Part shown: one piece after another, positions 22,647-37,175 of the stretch
Numbering within the stretch: the first letter of the stretch is position 1
Layout: each line of letters opens with the position of its first letter
Assembly: GCA_000320545.1 (NCBI GenBank)
Contig: ADNK01000166.1
Span: 1-64,000 of the forward strand
DNA from: Bigelowiella natans CCMP2755
Lineage: Eukaryota; Protista; Cercozoa
Reading direction: 5' to 3'
Length of the DNA stretch: 64,000 bases
The notes under the pieces: generated by a model
What the model saw: the letters and a program-made list of their open reading frames with translations, nothing else
What the model was told of the DNA's origin: nothing
The model's database searches: none
Made by a program: the position numbers and the translations under genes

Positions 22647-24212
22647 TGTATGTGTTTGTGCGCGCGCGTTATTCTTCTTGTCATGATCATGCTGAGCAAT
22701 TTTATGGCTTGTCTTGTATTTCGGGTGATAGGAGGCGGACACCATCATAGAAACGAACATGAGCTTTGTCCGACCGACTGAAAATGCGAAAGATGATGAC
22801 GAGGACAAGAAGAAGAAGGAGGAGGGGGAAAGCAAAGGAGGGGAGGGAAATAAAACAAAGACAGAGCAGCCCCCTGTTTCGGCCCGTACCGAAAAAACAG
22901 ATCATACTACACTCACCGACGAATCGAACGACTCTGAATCAGGGTAATAGCTCTCCCCACTCAACTTGAAAATTTGTAACATGGCCTCCGGATGATGAAG
23001 ATCTATGACTTAGTAAATCGGCAATATAGTTTCAAGCGTTCTTGCAGGATACGAAAGTCATCAGTTGTGTGCTTTTCTACGCTATCACTTGCGCATGACT
23101 CGGGCGTAACCCCCAGATATCCCACCCAAAAAATATGAACAGTCTCATTCATTCAGTTGGTTTCACCGTAGTGTCGCAGATCAAAAGCTCTTTTAATAAA
23201 AATCGAGGAGTACTGAGCTCCCACTGTCCATTTTTTCTGTTGTTGTTTGGCCAGGAATAAGTTGAACAAGATGTTGCGCTTCGCATCTATGCTGAGCATA
23301 GATGGGGAAGACAAGAAGAAGCGGAAGAAGCAGCAGCAAGAGCAGCAAAAAAAGCCGCCACAACTTAAGCGCAAGTATACTGCGACGGGTATCTCATTGA
23401 AGACGATCGATTCAATGCCAACCATCTCAGGTGTGTATGCTTTCTCCTTCTTAGAACACCTTTCACAAGGACCCTGTTCTGCTCGCGCGTCACTGACCCT
23501 CCTCTCCTCATTTTCTTCGAGGAGCATGCACACGCGAAAACACACCCAAACGCACACACGCATATTGCTATTCATATCAGGTGCTACTGCGGGGGAAAAT
23601 GCGAAGATGGATAAAAACCGTGAACAACGACGTAATGTGGAGTCCCGCAACCTCGACGAATCAGCTTTTTCGCTCGGCTCATCATTCTCTCTCGGCGCGC
23701 TCTTAGACGACGTTCTTGAGGAGGAGAAGGCGGATGTGGCGGAAGAGAAGACTAATGGAGAGACGAAAGCAACAGGCCCCGGACACCACACTGATAAGAA
23801 TACAGCAAATACAGAGGAGGGAAAGGGGGTTAATACGACGAGTCATGGATCACAGAAAGATGATTCATTGGTGGCGAGGCGTACCGATGATAAGAGCGAC
23901 AAAGCAGGGAGCACAACAACTGGGGCGCTGTTAAAACAGGACGGTGACGAAAGCAATGACAACGGCGATGGAGGTGACGACGGCGACGCTGATGCATCGA
24001 CGGAGGGCCTCACAGCAAATGAATTACTTCTTCGTGGTCTCAGGAAGAAGCATTCCAAACAGCGTCCAAAGAAGAGCAACAGCAATGAGAATAATGACAA
24101 TGTGAAGAATAAAATGGACGAAGGCAAAGGCGACAACGACAACAACGATGACGACGATGACGACGGTGACGATGATAGCAAAGAACGGCCGGAGCAACAT
24201 ACGGGAGAGGTC

Positions 24213-24246
<34 letters not shown>

Positions 24247-24618
24247 CTGACGTTACCCCTGATGCCGAGAAAATAGTCAGTGGCAGCGACAACAACGACG
24301 AAAACAAAAGCAGTGCCAACAATGACGATGCGAAAGCAGCTGCGGATCGCAAGTCAAAGGCACTCAATGGGGAAGATGGTGAGCCCGTCCGTACACAAGC
24401 AGAGGTCACCGCAGCCGACGCTGATGCTGCTGCTGCTGCTACTGCTGCAAATGGCGATGATGATAGCAACGAAAAAGGGCTGGGCAAGAAAAAGAAAGAA
24501 ACCAAAAAGTCATCGATCAGTGAGACTGACAGGATCTTACTAGCAGATCTCGGTAGCCAACTATTAATTTTATGTGAGCGGAGGGTTTATATACAACATA
24601 CGTTTTAAGTTTTTTCGT

Positions 24619-24660
<42 letters not shown>

Positions 24661-27048
24661 CGTGTCTACATGTGGGGTGTGCGAATGCAGGTAGTGAGTT
24701 TTGGTGAAACCCTAAATGGTTGCTGGTTGACCGATTTCACACCAATAAATACGGCTGGAAGTCGTGGTATGAAACGAAATCTTACTTGGCTTCCTGAGTT
24801 TTGTGTCTCGGTTCCCGACTCCTACTTTCGAGCGATACCTTGAAATTCCTTCTTTTTTTTTTTTATCCCGCGTCCTTCTCCTCGCTTTCTCGCCCCCTCC
24901 CCTCTCACCTGCCCCTCTTTCTTCTTTTTGTCCAACCCCAAAAAAAGGGTTGGATCTCCCGTTAGACATGTCTCCGACTTTGACGGGCAAAGATAAAGCT
25001 AAAGACGAGGCGGTTGACGCGACGGGTCTAACAGAAAAAGGTGAAGGAAAAGGGAAGGGAGGAAGAGGAGAGGGGGAACCAGCAACAACAACAGCAGCAG
25101 ACGAAGGAAAAAAACAAAATCAGGAAGAGCCGCAAAAGATCGCGAAAGGCAGCAATAGCAAAAGCCCTGCTGGGAAAGACAAGATCGAGAAAGGGGGTCC
25201 AAACAGCGCCTCCGCAAACGAGACCAATGTCGGGGCTAACGATAAGATTGATAACAAACTGAAACTTCCAAACTCTAGAAAGCTAGCAGCAGCGACAGGA
25301 CCGAAAATGCCTGATTCAGGCCGCTCGCACAGTTCTACGCAAACCGGCAGATCAGAGGGGGCACAAAGCGTCAGCTTGAGGTCGCTCATAGATTTCGATT
25401 TAGATGAAGAAATGAAGCGCCGTGATGATATCGACGCTGAAGATAGTGGCCACCAGAATGGGGAGGGTGACGCTGCAGCGCCTGCAGCTGCTGCTGCCTC
25501 CGCAACAACAACAGGACTTTTCTTCAGGGACCCCAATGAAGGTGCGGATGATTCAGACGAAAAGGGCAACACGAAGAAAAACGGCCTCCTCATCAAATTA
25601 ACATCGCCATCGATGCATGAGGCGATTCTGTCCCACGATGGTGATGATAATGATGAGAGAAAGAATAGCGCAGGAGCTGATCTCGCTGAAGGACAGGTCG
25701 GCAGTAGATCGAAACCAGGTGGGAGGGAAGCAACGACGACCCAAAACGGCCACTCTGATGCAGGAGGCACTCCCAACGGCCCTGGTTATTATTACAACAA
25801 TGAACAGCACATTCCTGCTCGTTCTCATCTGCAACAACGATACCCTCCTCATCACCCAGCTTCAAGCATCTATGCGCAGCAGCAGCAGCAGCAGCAGCAT
25901 CAGCATCATTCCCAGAATTTAGGAGATGGTGGTGCTGATCGAGGATATCGCTCGTATCACACGGGCCAAATTCAACGCTACAAGAGGACTCATCCCTCTC
26001 CGTCTCCTCACCATTACCAGCAGCAGCATCCATTCGGTCAGCATGTTGCACAGGGGGGGGGACATCGTCCCGCTCACTATCATGCAGATGACGACGACGA
26101 CGATGATGACGATGATTTGGTGGCGCTCTTCCATCCTGGCTTTGCAAAGCGGCGTGGAGACCACCACCGTCGTCACGGCCGTCATCATCCGCAGCGCGGG
26201 GTAGAAAGTGTGCAGCCGGGGCAGAGCGGAGGGAGGGGCCGTCCTTCCACAGAGACAATCTCAACAACGGAAGCTGACAGTGCCTATGCGACGCGACTTT
26301 CGCGTGGTGGAGCCCGCGAAAGAAAGAGGGCCTCACGCGCTCGCTACCCTCCCCACGGAACGCAGAACAGCAGCCAAAGAGACAATAGCAGTGGCCGTGG
26401 GAGGGGTGGGAGGTTGCGCAGCAACAGCAGAGACGAAGAAGGTGACCACGCCAGACTGTCAATGTCCTCCTCCTCCTCCACGGACTCCGAGGACCTTCTC
26501 ATGGCACTCAACTCCCTCCCAGCGACGACGTATCCAGCAGCAGCGGCATCAGCAGCAGCTAGAAACCGCCTGACCACAGGCTTTGAGTCTAGTAGGACCG
26601 CGGAGGGCACGCGGAGCTCACGGTTGCATAAGCAGCCCACAGCAGCAGTCATCGCGCCGGATCAGTCGATGCTGCGGCGTGGGCGCCGCAACTTCTTCGG
26701 TGAGAGAAAACGTGATGATGATGCTTCCGAAACGCATCTTGACGGCAGCAGTCTTTGTCGGTACAACGTCGGCATCGTCGAAGCAGATCGTAGCGGTCCC
26801 CGGCACAGGTGCGCGCAGGTGACATGCCCCCTACCCACGCAGCACACCTCGTATGAGAAGGAGGCGGCCATTTTCCACCGATCCGGACCGCCGAAGGACA
26901 TCCGGCTGCATCATGTTTATGGCATGTCGTCGTTGTATCATCATGGCCCGGCGCAAAAGGCCTGGTACTGCGGGCCGAGAAGGGATGGAACTCCAGGCGG
27001 TTTTGTCTTTGCATCGGCAGCGCTTGGAGTTGTGCAACATGAATATAG

Positions 27049-27091
<43 letters not shown>

Positions 27092-27589
27092 ATTTTTCGC
27101 TTTTTTCTTCTCCTCTTCTTCTCTGTCGTACTATATATGTAAGCCTAGTGCCCGTGAATGTGTGTATATATGTTTAAAGCACTTTCTCCTCATCATTTTC
27201 CTTGTGCTGCTGCTGCTCCTTTTTCTTCTTCTTCTTCTTCTTCCTCTTCCTCGTCGTCCCCACCACCTTCCTTTTCGCGCCTAGGCCTCTACGCATCCGC
27301 TCGCACGAGACCACTACCGACCCGATCCAGCGTTTCTTCCGCGGCCACAAATCCGAGCGAATCGAATGCATGGCGCTCAATCGCTCCCGCACCGTGGCAG
27401 CCACCGCGTCCCGGACCCCATCATCGTCGCCATCGTCATCGTCCTTCACCGTTTTCGTCTGGCATCTACATGGTGGGATGCAGCGGGTGTGCTCGTTCCA
27501 GCTCGGATTCGACAACGTCTCGGCCCTGGCCTTCAGCACGGACGACAAGGAGAATGCTCTGTTCGTGGCAGGGAGCCGGTTAGTAGTAA

Positions 27590-27624
<35 letters not shown>

Positions 27625-27993
27625 AGATCGTAGGTGGTTGCGCATGCGGCACGGCCGCACTGAGGCAGAGCTTTATAGACTTTCAGCTGTGATCATGCGA
27701 CTTTATGTGCACGCAGTGTTGGGCTGTCCTTCTCCGCTCTGCTGCTGCTACTTTGTCGTTGAATTACATGTACATTCAGGTGCAACAGGCCGACGTTGAG
27801 CGGCTGGTACTGGCGAGAGCACAAGCACATGATGGACATTCGACTCCCTATTATTAGCTCCTACTCGCAAACGCAGGGGGGGGGCGGGGAAGGAGATGGC
27901 GGCTTTACAGCACCTGGTAGTTAGTAAACTGTGATTGTGTGTGTGTGAGAGAGAGAGAAAGAGAGGGAGAGAGAGAAAGAGAGGAAGAGAGAG

Positions 27994-28033
<40 letters not shown>

Positions 28034-29408
28034 CAACGACGATGAATGTTCCTTGCAGTTTAGCTTCTTTCTTCCCTTATACGCTACGTCTGAGAGCACT
28101 TAACATCATCTATGCTAGCCAATGATTGTGTTCTATGTACCACTACCTGTTTCCCCTTCCCCCCCCCCCCCACTTTCTCTTCTCCAATCATATCCCAACG
28201 TTGGCATCAGGCATTGTTGGAATGTCTGTGGAGTCTATCATCGCAGGAGGAGATCGGTACATTATTGCGTGCTTGTTATTAGCAGCCCTTCGACTGGATG
28301 GAGACCCTCTTCCCTTTTCTTCTATTTCTGGGAATCGTGTCATTTTAATTTGCTTCACCAATATACTGGTTACAACACTTTTAGTTTCTCTGATTTTACC
28401 TCCGTCCCTCCCCTTCCTATCTCTCTATCTCTCTCGCTCGTGATAAGGAGAACGGCAATGTTCCACGTGCTTGTCTGGGGCCGCTGTCACCTCTCCGTGT
28501 CGCTGGTAGGAGAGAACATCGCTTCTTCACAGGCTCTCAGCGTAGAGTCCCTGCCACCGTTACCGCAGCCAGCAGCGGGAGGGGGGGGGAGAAGTTCGGG
28601 GTCAAAACAGGACAAAAAGGCGGCGGCAGCACCGTCACGGCCACGTGGCGCGCATCCGAGCAACTACGGTGGCGGGCAGAAGGAGAAACTGAGCCAGCAC
28701 CTCATCGAGGCGGCGCTCCTCCTCCCTCCCCTCCCTCCTCCTGACCGTTCTTCGGCAGCTTCGAGCACCCAGCTGCTAATCAGCACAGATTGCGGGGCCC
28801 TATATCGGATCGGTGCTAGTGATCTCAACGCCATCGTCGTCAGCGGCGCTCGTCGCCGACTTCCCGCTTCATTCTCCTGGGCTTCCGTGCCGCGGAACGA
28901 CGTCGTTTGCGCCATGTGCGCCGCCAGCAGCGGCCCCAAGGGCGGCCGTGCGCAACACGACAGTATTTTCGCCGCAACGCGGGGCTGGATGCTTCTCGTC
29001 TACTCGGCAATGTCCTCAGCGCCGTTGCAGCCGCACTTCACCGTAAGCTTCAGGGAGTATCGATGCAGGCCGGAGATCTTCCGCTGCTCGCCCGCGCTTG
29101 AGTTTGGGTCGGACGAGGAGATTGTGGATACCCTTCTGGAGGGGGGAGGGCACCGTGCACCGGACGAGTCAGTTCTCCGCCAGCGTGGTAGTGGCGTCGG
29201 TAGGGTGAGGAGAGGGCGAGGGGGTGTTGTCGGAGTCGACGCTTGCTGTGGAAGAGCACTAGTCTCCATGTCCAACAATCAGGTCGACGTCAGAGTAGTA
29301 GTAGTAGTAGTCTTTTGCCATGTGGTGTGCACTCTTCACGTTGTGCTTTTAGTTGTGGTAGCAGTAGCAGTAGCAGCAGCATTATCAGTAGTGAGGCTCA
29401 CGACACAC

Positions 29409-29447
<39 letters not shown>

Positions 29448-29479
29448 CACAAGACACTCAGCCATAGACACCTCGTCTA

Positions 29480-29538
<59 letters not shown>

Positions 29539-32500
29539 CTGCCAGATTTATGAGGTCGATCTCGCCCGCCGAGAAGCGTCCGTGGTACTGTATGGCGCTT
29601 GTGAGAGGCCCACTGATCTGGCGGGGACAACATCGCTGAACCGCGTGGCGAAGTGGATGCCGGAAGGAGAAGGTGGGGGAGGAGGGGGGGGGCCATCCTC
29701 CATCTTCGCGCTCTCCGCTCAAGTATTTCCTACAAGAAGACGACGCCGACACAGCAACGACGCCAGAGCCGCTAATGGCGGGGATGAGGACGATGGCGAT
29801 GGTGGTGGCGACGACGACGATGAAGCAACAAGTCGAGGAGGGCGCGCATACGGCCTCGTTTATCTGTGGAATCTCAAGAAGAAGTTCCAGCTGCCGGTTA
29901 TTCTAGTCATGGATGCGCCTGTGAGCGCCGTCGCTTTAGGAGGCTGTGGGCCGTCATCGCGGAAATGGGGCGGGGGGAGGGAGGTGGGTAGAGACCGACC
30001 CGTCGGTCGTCCTCCTTCACTAATCCATCGTAGCTCTCTGCTGTCGCATGCCGCAAGTACTAGTGAGGAGACGTTGAGAGTAGCCATCGGCACACGGAGC
30101 GGCAAGATCGTAGTTGTTCAATACCCTTCCGTCGTTGTGGAGACGAGTATCAACCTGAGCGCCTACAGCAGCAGCAGCAGCAGCAGCTTTCGGGGTAGCC
30201 ATCAGGATGACACCAAGTGGGTTGGTAGAAAGAGAACCTCGGCCCCTGCTGCATCCTCGTCTTCTCCGTCGTCGGCGTCGTCATCAGCCCCGCCGCCATG
30301 TGCAATATCACTCCTAGAGCACATCTCCCTCCACACGTTAGCTGCTGCAACGAGGTGCGGGGAGCTCTTTCTCTACAATCTGAAGCAGAAATCGGTCAGT
30401 CCTGTCATCCTGAAGAAGACGTCCTCACCGCCGTCATCATCACCACAAGCGGCGGCGCCAGCCGCAGGGAACAGCGGCCGAGGTCATAGCACCAAAGCCC
30501 CCGCGCCGCTCAGGGACAGCAGCCAAGTGTTGAGCGTCGAGCTGGATGCATCGTCCAGCCTGCTTTCTACATGCCACAGCAACGGGACGATGCGCTTCTT
30601 CAGAATCCGCACCCTCCCCTCGCAGGAGCTCTCGATGACATCTCCGGAGGTCCGAAACGCGGTCTGGATCCCCAGGAGCGGGCCCTTCGGCTATTGTATC
30701 CGCGGGGTTCTACTCAGCGGAGAAGACTCCTCCAACCCCTTGGCCCAGCAAACGCTCACATCATCCTCCTCCTTGCGGATGCACCAGCGGCGACGGCAGG
30801 GAGGGGACGGGAAGGAAGAGGAGGAGGAGGAGGCGGAGGAGGAAGAGGGTCGGCCCTCCCCCCTAGCTGACATTGCTCTAGTTGTATCCGAGCGTCATAG
30901 GATCGTGGTAACGGCTGGTGGGTGGACGTCGATGTCGTCCGCGCCGTCGTCATCATCTTCGTCGTTAAGGCCAAGTAATACTGAGATAATCCGGGTAGCA
31001 CCATTCCCGTGTCTCTTCAGTAGCACAAGAACGTTTGTACACTCGGCGCATTCGGCGGCGCGCCGATCCTCCTCCTCCTCCTCCTCCGCATCATCATCAT
31101 CAGCAGCAGCAACACTACCAGCATCACCACCATCATTGCCCCGCCTTAAGCTGGCATTTACAGGGGCCGATCGTTTCTTGATGTCGACCTCACGAAGAGA
31201 CCGCATCGCCGTTGCTTGGTTGGTAGTGCCAGCAGCAGCAGGAGCAGCAGCAGCGGCGGCAGACAACACCGCTCCTTCCCCATTCCTCTCGCCTTCCGTA
31301 ATCGACGACACGCACCAGCAGAGCCGGGACGGGTACAGTCGCAATGGTTTCCAGCACCACCACAGCGATGGCGATGATGGGAGAGAGGATGCCATGTCGC
31401 GCGCTTTGGGACTCGCAGCGTTCCACCGCAGCTGGCAAAGAGTCAGAGACGGCGGCGGCGGCGGCGGCGAAAACAGCCTTACTAAGGGTGACTACAGCGA
31501 CGATTTGCAAGCTAGAAGAGGTAGGGGGGGGAGGGCAATTCATGAAGGTGGTAGGAGTAGTTATGGAGGACAGCTACGTGGCCACATCCCAGCGTTCGGA
31601 GATAGGGCCTGGGGCGGAGGAGGAGGAGGAGGGTGGGCCGGAGCTAAAGCCGCCGCCGCCAGCGGCGTCGGCGACATCGACCATGATGATGGCAGCTCTT
31701 GGGAGTATGGTGATGGTGAGGAAGACGACGCTGGTGGCGACTCATCCTACTACTACAGCGAAAGCGGCGGCGAGGAGGAGGACGACGAGTATGATGACAT
31801 AAGGAACACCGGAAACCATTGGGAATACACCGATCCCAAAACGGGTAAGTAATCAAGGCGCATAATTTCGTGCACGCTCTGTGACAACGCAGGTTTATAT
31901 CTGAACACCATGTCTGTTTCTCCCCTTCCCACCCCTCTCCCCTCGTCCTCCCCCCCCCGGTCGCTTCCAGGTCAGCCATGGCGTCACCAATCACACCCCT
32001 ACTTCAACAAGAAGCGGCGGCGGGGGGGGGGCGGGGGGGCGCAACAACGCCGACCGCGCGCTCTTCGGCGCGGCTACGAGAAAAGGAGGGCAGAGCTGTC
32101 AGTTCCACAGTTCCAAGCTCTGAGCAAGGCCCTGCAGAAGAAGCTCTCGGAGCAGACCGCTCGAGCGACGCTCCTGAAGACGGAGCATCAGCGCAGCAAT
32201 AAGAGCTGCCAGCACCTGGAAAAGTACAGCAACCTCCTGGCGCGACATGTCGCGAGGGACCGCGCCGGCCATGCGATCACGAAGGAACAGCGCAGGCAGA
32301 TACTCCGACACCACTCCAAGATATCGCAGCTGAGCCTGCGCTTCCAGATGCCTATCGCGAGCTCTCGCGACAAGTGCAGCAGTAGTCGAAGCAACGCTGG
32401 TGGGGCTGTGAGTGGCAGCTCCAGGAAAAGCACGCTTTTCCACGCTTATGAGGAGAACAAACGGCTCAGAGAGGAATGCCTTCGCCTCGAGGCGATGGTC

Positions 32501-32539
32501 TCCCGGCTTCAAAAAGTGAAGAGGCACACCAGGAGATGA
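22104..32539 (+). CDS. Very large EML/EMAP-like protein: long low-complexity N-terminus, HELP motif + WD40 repeats, WW-like segment, C-terminal coiled coil (5' start not identified)
   Basis: Phase-consistent exons 22104-22314, 22521-22603, 22732-22943, 23255-23430, 23581-24552, 24966-27048, 27285-27578, ... ~29546-31845, 31893-32539. HELP-like PPKDIRLHHVYG...FVFASAALGVVQ is followed by QRFFRGHKSERIECMAL...VFVWHL...VSALAFS. Exons between 27.6 and 29.5 kb are only partly resolved. Confidence 0.65.
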
Positions 32540-33244
32540 CGACTCAAATATGCAATGGCAAGATTGCGCTCTGTGATGTGTGCGCGTGCATCGCATGCAT
32601 ATGAGATCACAATTGCAAATACATGATTCAATCAGAATGTGAGGACTTGCGTACACATGCACGGACAATCAGGCACAAGTGACACAATATGGAAGACTCT
32701 ATGCCAATAATGCCTGACAGCACTTTGCGCATGAAATTGCAAGCAAAATGAAATGCCTATGCTAGAATGCTGCCCACTAGTTTGCCTGTCTAGCTGTGTG
32801 TGCGTGGTGTGCATTGCCATCTTTGTCACGGCACCGCAGCTACTTGCGTGCAATGCGCTCATATGTAAACATTGCAGCTGCGAGTGATGCGGACTAGCTA
32901 ACAAATAATGCACTTGAGTGCATCAAGTGCATGTAAAATGTAATGTTTGGCATGAATTAAAGGTCACTGTTGTGTGGTGAGACTCTCATGTTGCGAGCGT
33001 GCTAGCGTGGCTGCATGGGACATGCATGTTTCGATTGATGCGGGTAGCGTCAATTGCGCGCAGTTTTTGTTAAAGAAGGATCATGCAACTTGGCGGCGCA
33101 CCCACATTCACAGCGCCCGACTGTGCCATTATTTTTTGCTGTGCGGACGACTGACCATGATGTCACTAATGGTAGCAATGTGCCTAACCACAAGATCGGC
33201 TGAAAAATCATCATCTAAATGACGCTTGGAGGCACACAAAACGA

Positions 33245-33793
33245 TCAAAATTTGTCTGGAACCCAGAAAGTGTGATGCGAATCGCGTGCTGTAAGGCTTT
33301 CCAAATGACGTTGGGCATCATCGCCCCGCGTTCCATTGACTGAACGATACATGTAACCCCTGTCCACATACTCACAGCGCTCCCATCCTCTGGATTGCTG
33401 TTCATCGGAGGGGATCCGTGGACGGAAGAGTGCCTGGCCAACCACACAGAAAGAAGCAGGGCAAAATTAGGCTAAGATTCTCGCTTAATTGATCCATAAC
33501 AACCACTCGTAGGTGCAGGTATCTTTGACATGCTGGACGGAGGGAAAGAGGGGGGGGGGTGTACTACCGGTATTCCCTCAGGTACACGCAGCACCGCTCT
33601 TTTCCGAACGAAAATAGCCGTCGCCAGTGCCTCAAAGCAATCCTGTGGTTGGTGCCCATGAAGCAGTGGTATCTTGTATTTTTTACCCCCTTACTCCCAA
33701 TCTCACCACCATGGCGAAAGCATTTTATTTGAATCCTCTCGTGTGCTTTGTTGTTGGCGTTGGCGATGACCCATCTCTCGCGCTTATCCATTC

Positions 33794-33836
<43 letters not shown>

Positions 33837-34249
33837 GCACACACCTGAGCTCCATCATATTCCACCTCTTTAGCATCTGAATCAATGAGCGGCATGCAAG
33901 AAGAAGAACTGCTATTATTTCTCATACCGTTACTCCTTTATCTTCTCCTTCTTCTTCTTCTTCTTCTTCTTCTTCTTCTTCTTCTTCTTCCCCTACTCCT
34001 ACTAGCACACCAACAAAGCATTTGTTCATCACCTGCTCCAAACTCGGCGATAATAATGATATCTGTCTGCCGTGTCTCCCGAGGATGTGCAGCGGGGGCA
34101 GGAGGGGAAGGAGGAGGGGTCCCTTTCTTCCTCTTCATGGAGAAGAAGACGTATCCGCACGGTCGTTGATTCAGCTGCTCCTTCTTATCTCTGCAAATTA
34201 TGAAAGCACGTGCATGTCCTCATTGACGCTGGTACATACTTGTCATATA

Positions 34250-34282
<33 letters not shown>

Positions 34283-34447
34283 CTGAGATCAACTTGTTCT
34301 GTCACACGTAGCAGCTGCCCATGCCAGGAGCAAGCATTCACTTACCTACCCCCCTCCTATTACTATCAGAATTGATCCTTTTTTTAAAAAAACCTCATAC
34401 GATTTCCCCGCTCCCCCTCCCCCCCCTCCCCCTCTCTCGTTGGCACA

Positions 34448-34515
<68 letters not shown>

Positions 34516-34917
34516 ACACACACACACGGGTACACAGTCCCAAATACTACTACTACTTACTACCGATAGGCTAGCGCAACGGCTTCAGTGGCGTCATCAT
34601 CGCCAAGGCCCAAGCTACTGCCTAGCTGCGGCCAGAGCCATCGCCTCCAGTATTCACTGCCGAGAGGCCATGATATAGCAAACGTGCACGCATTGTACGA
34701 ACGGCATTTGCACTGGTGAGGATGGTGTTGGCCATCGAGATGACATAAACAAACGCGCCCATGGTCCTCCTCCTCCTCCTCCTCCTCCTCCCTCCGTCTC
34801 CCATGTATCTTGCGGACTCTATTTTATTTTTCCGCGCTCTCTATAGCACTCGAACAATCCCGCTACTGCACTTATACACCACCACCAACTACGACAACAA
34901 CTACCACCTACTACTGC

Positions 34918-34955
<38 letters not shown>

Positions 34956-35207
34956 TCTTGTACCCAGTTTTATACTACTACTACTACCACTACCACTACT
35001 GCGACTTAAATGTTTCAAGAAACAAAAGAACGTACTCCTTTCGTCTATGTGGTCCGATGAGTTGGCTGCTGTAGCTCCTGTGCATCTCTCTAATACATCA
35101 TAACGGGGCAAGAGCAACATAGCATCGAGACTCAGGAGAGAGCAAGATAACACACGTACACACACACACACATTCTCCAATGTGTGTGTGTAGGAGAATG
35201 TGTGTAT

Positions 35208-35264
<57 letters not shown>

Positions 35265-37050
35265 TTATGTTATTGTTAAGGGAAAATCACTTGATTGCGG
35301 ATTTCACTTCTTCTGGCAGCTCCCTGATTTTGAACAAGTGTGTGATCGGTGGTGTCCTACTTGTTGTGGCACCATCATAGGTTGTTGAATAGGAGGAGGA
35401 TTAGTGTGCTTCCAAGTCGAGGAGGCACTATTCTGCATGCTGCATGACATATTTCACGACGATATTGACGTAAAGCTGCTTTCAATTACATCCATCTATC
35501 CATCCATACAAAGACACGCAAACGATATGAGTTACACACACACACACACACATATCACCTGCTGTTCCTCGAATTTTTGGCATGACCATCATCCTCATCA
35601 TCATCATTATCACCACCAGCAGCAGCAGCACCAAGAGCAGCAGCTCTATTGCTTGCGTGAGTGTTTGGTGTGAAGAATAAGAATCTAGTTTCCGCACGCT
35701 TCCATCCAAGTTTCTCGTAGTATCCTGCGTATTTACTGTGAAGAATGGGAAGAAGTACGCAGTAGCCTCATCGACTGACTATTGTGCGGAACACTTGATA
35801 TGTGGCGGTACAGGACATAGCAACACACTACCGAGAGGTTCTTATACTCTTCTTCTTCTTCTTCTTCTTCTTCTTCTTCTTCTTCTCCTCCTCCTCCTCC
35901 ATTTTCTTACGAGGAATGAAGTGAGGATATTGTCATGCTCGCCCTCCCCATATCGGAGACGGATTTTTCCAGAAGTCTCCTCGCATATCCCTGCAGGAGC
36001 AGCAGGCGCGGTGGAATCGGGGGGGGAAAGCGATACATAAACAAATAGCAGTAACAGAGGTAGCAAAAGTGGAAATTGTAGGTTTAATGATAGGGTTGGC
36101 ATGGCGATGACTGCCGTTGTCAAGGATTCGGAAAAGGAGTCAAAGTCTGAATTAAGGGCGGTGGCTTAAACTTGTGCAGCAGCGTGTGGGGAAAAATGCA
36201 AACAAGGCCGTCTTATTTCTAGTTTATTGGTATCCCCTCCCCGTATTTGAATATTACCTTACCACGGTGGCCAGGAAGGGTGCTCACCTCCGCAATACCC
36301 CTGCGATAGGATATAATGCAGTTTTTTGTGGGACTATACAGAACAAGGAGCAGATTATGCGCTTATGGGTGTGTGCGTATGCGCGCACGCGCGCGTGTGT
36401 GGGTGTGTGCGTTCGAGAGAAGAACTCACAAAGTAACGTGTCGATGATACTTGCTTATTTTTGTGTTCGCCGTGAAGCAATCGTCCTACCCTGCGTTCGC
36501 GACTTGATTATCAGCGTCGCCCCTTCCTAGATATACCTCTCGCTGTAGTACACGCACAGTACTCACGATTCCTTCCCCCGGGACATCTGCATGGGGTGTG
36601 GCGGTGGCCACGATAAACAATGGGCGACAAAATATCTGTTTATGTATGCAAGCAGCCGAGCTTTTCAACAGTGCGGGCAGCTAAAAGTCGGGGATCAATC
36701 CCGAAATAACCCCATAAACGGAGATTTTCTTTCCTCATACCTGCAATGTGGATGCTGTCGAAGTCAACACCGTTCGGTTCGCACGACAAATGTGATGTAA
36801 AATAGTTTGCTGGAGTCGTTGGAAAGCAGTTGGTCACGTGCTGAACCCATGCTGCAAGCTCACACTCCTTCAAGTACCGCAGGCACACCGTCGGACCACA
36901 TCGCCGTCTCAGTATAGCATGGAGCACCCTACATGCACAGAGCAAGGTCGCTGCAGGCCCGACAACACGGCGAAGCATCATCGTCTCAACGAGGACGGAC
37001 CGGGTGAAGGATGCGTCAATGGCCAAATAGTTTTTTTTGTGTTGTCGTAC
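33245..37050 (-). CDS. Probable multi-exon gene of unknown function
   Basis: GC-rich open segments separated by microsatellite-filled introns with GT/AG borders (e.g. WIALRHWRRLFSFGKERCCVYLREYR; a long open exon at ~34565-34760; 36640-37050). No family recognised; boundaries approximate. Confidence 0.35.
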
Positions 37051-37112
37051 GGGTAAAACCCCATGTATTTTCTTCTTGGAATAGTTCACGCCGACCAGTG
37101 TGCTTGGACACG

Positions 37113-37175
37113 ACAACAATAAACAATGAACAATGATAAAGAACTACATTTCCAAAATGTAACAAGACATTAACA
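37113..37175 (-). mobile_element. Short, TpA-intact copy of the LINE 3' tail
   Basis: aataaacaatgaacaatgataaagaactacatttccaaaatgtaacaagacatt matches 21630-21683 and the reverse complement of 45836-45895, but keeps its TA dinucleotides. Confidence 0.8.

Noticed and set aside
23153-24505. Long antisense ORFs (23153-23791, 23843-24505) and similar ones at 25120-26462 and 30895-31395
   Set aside because: Shadows of GC-rich low-complexity sense exons.
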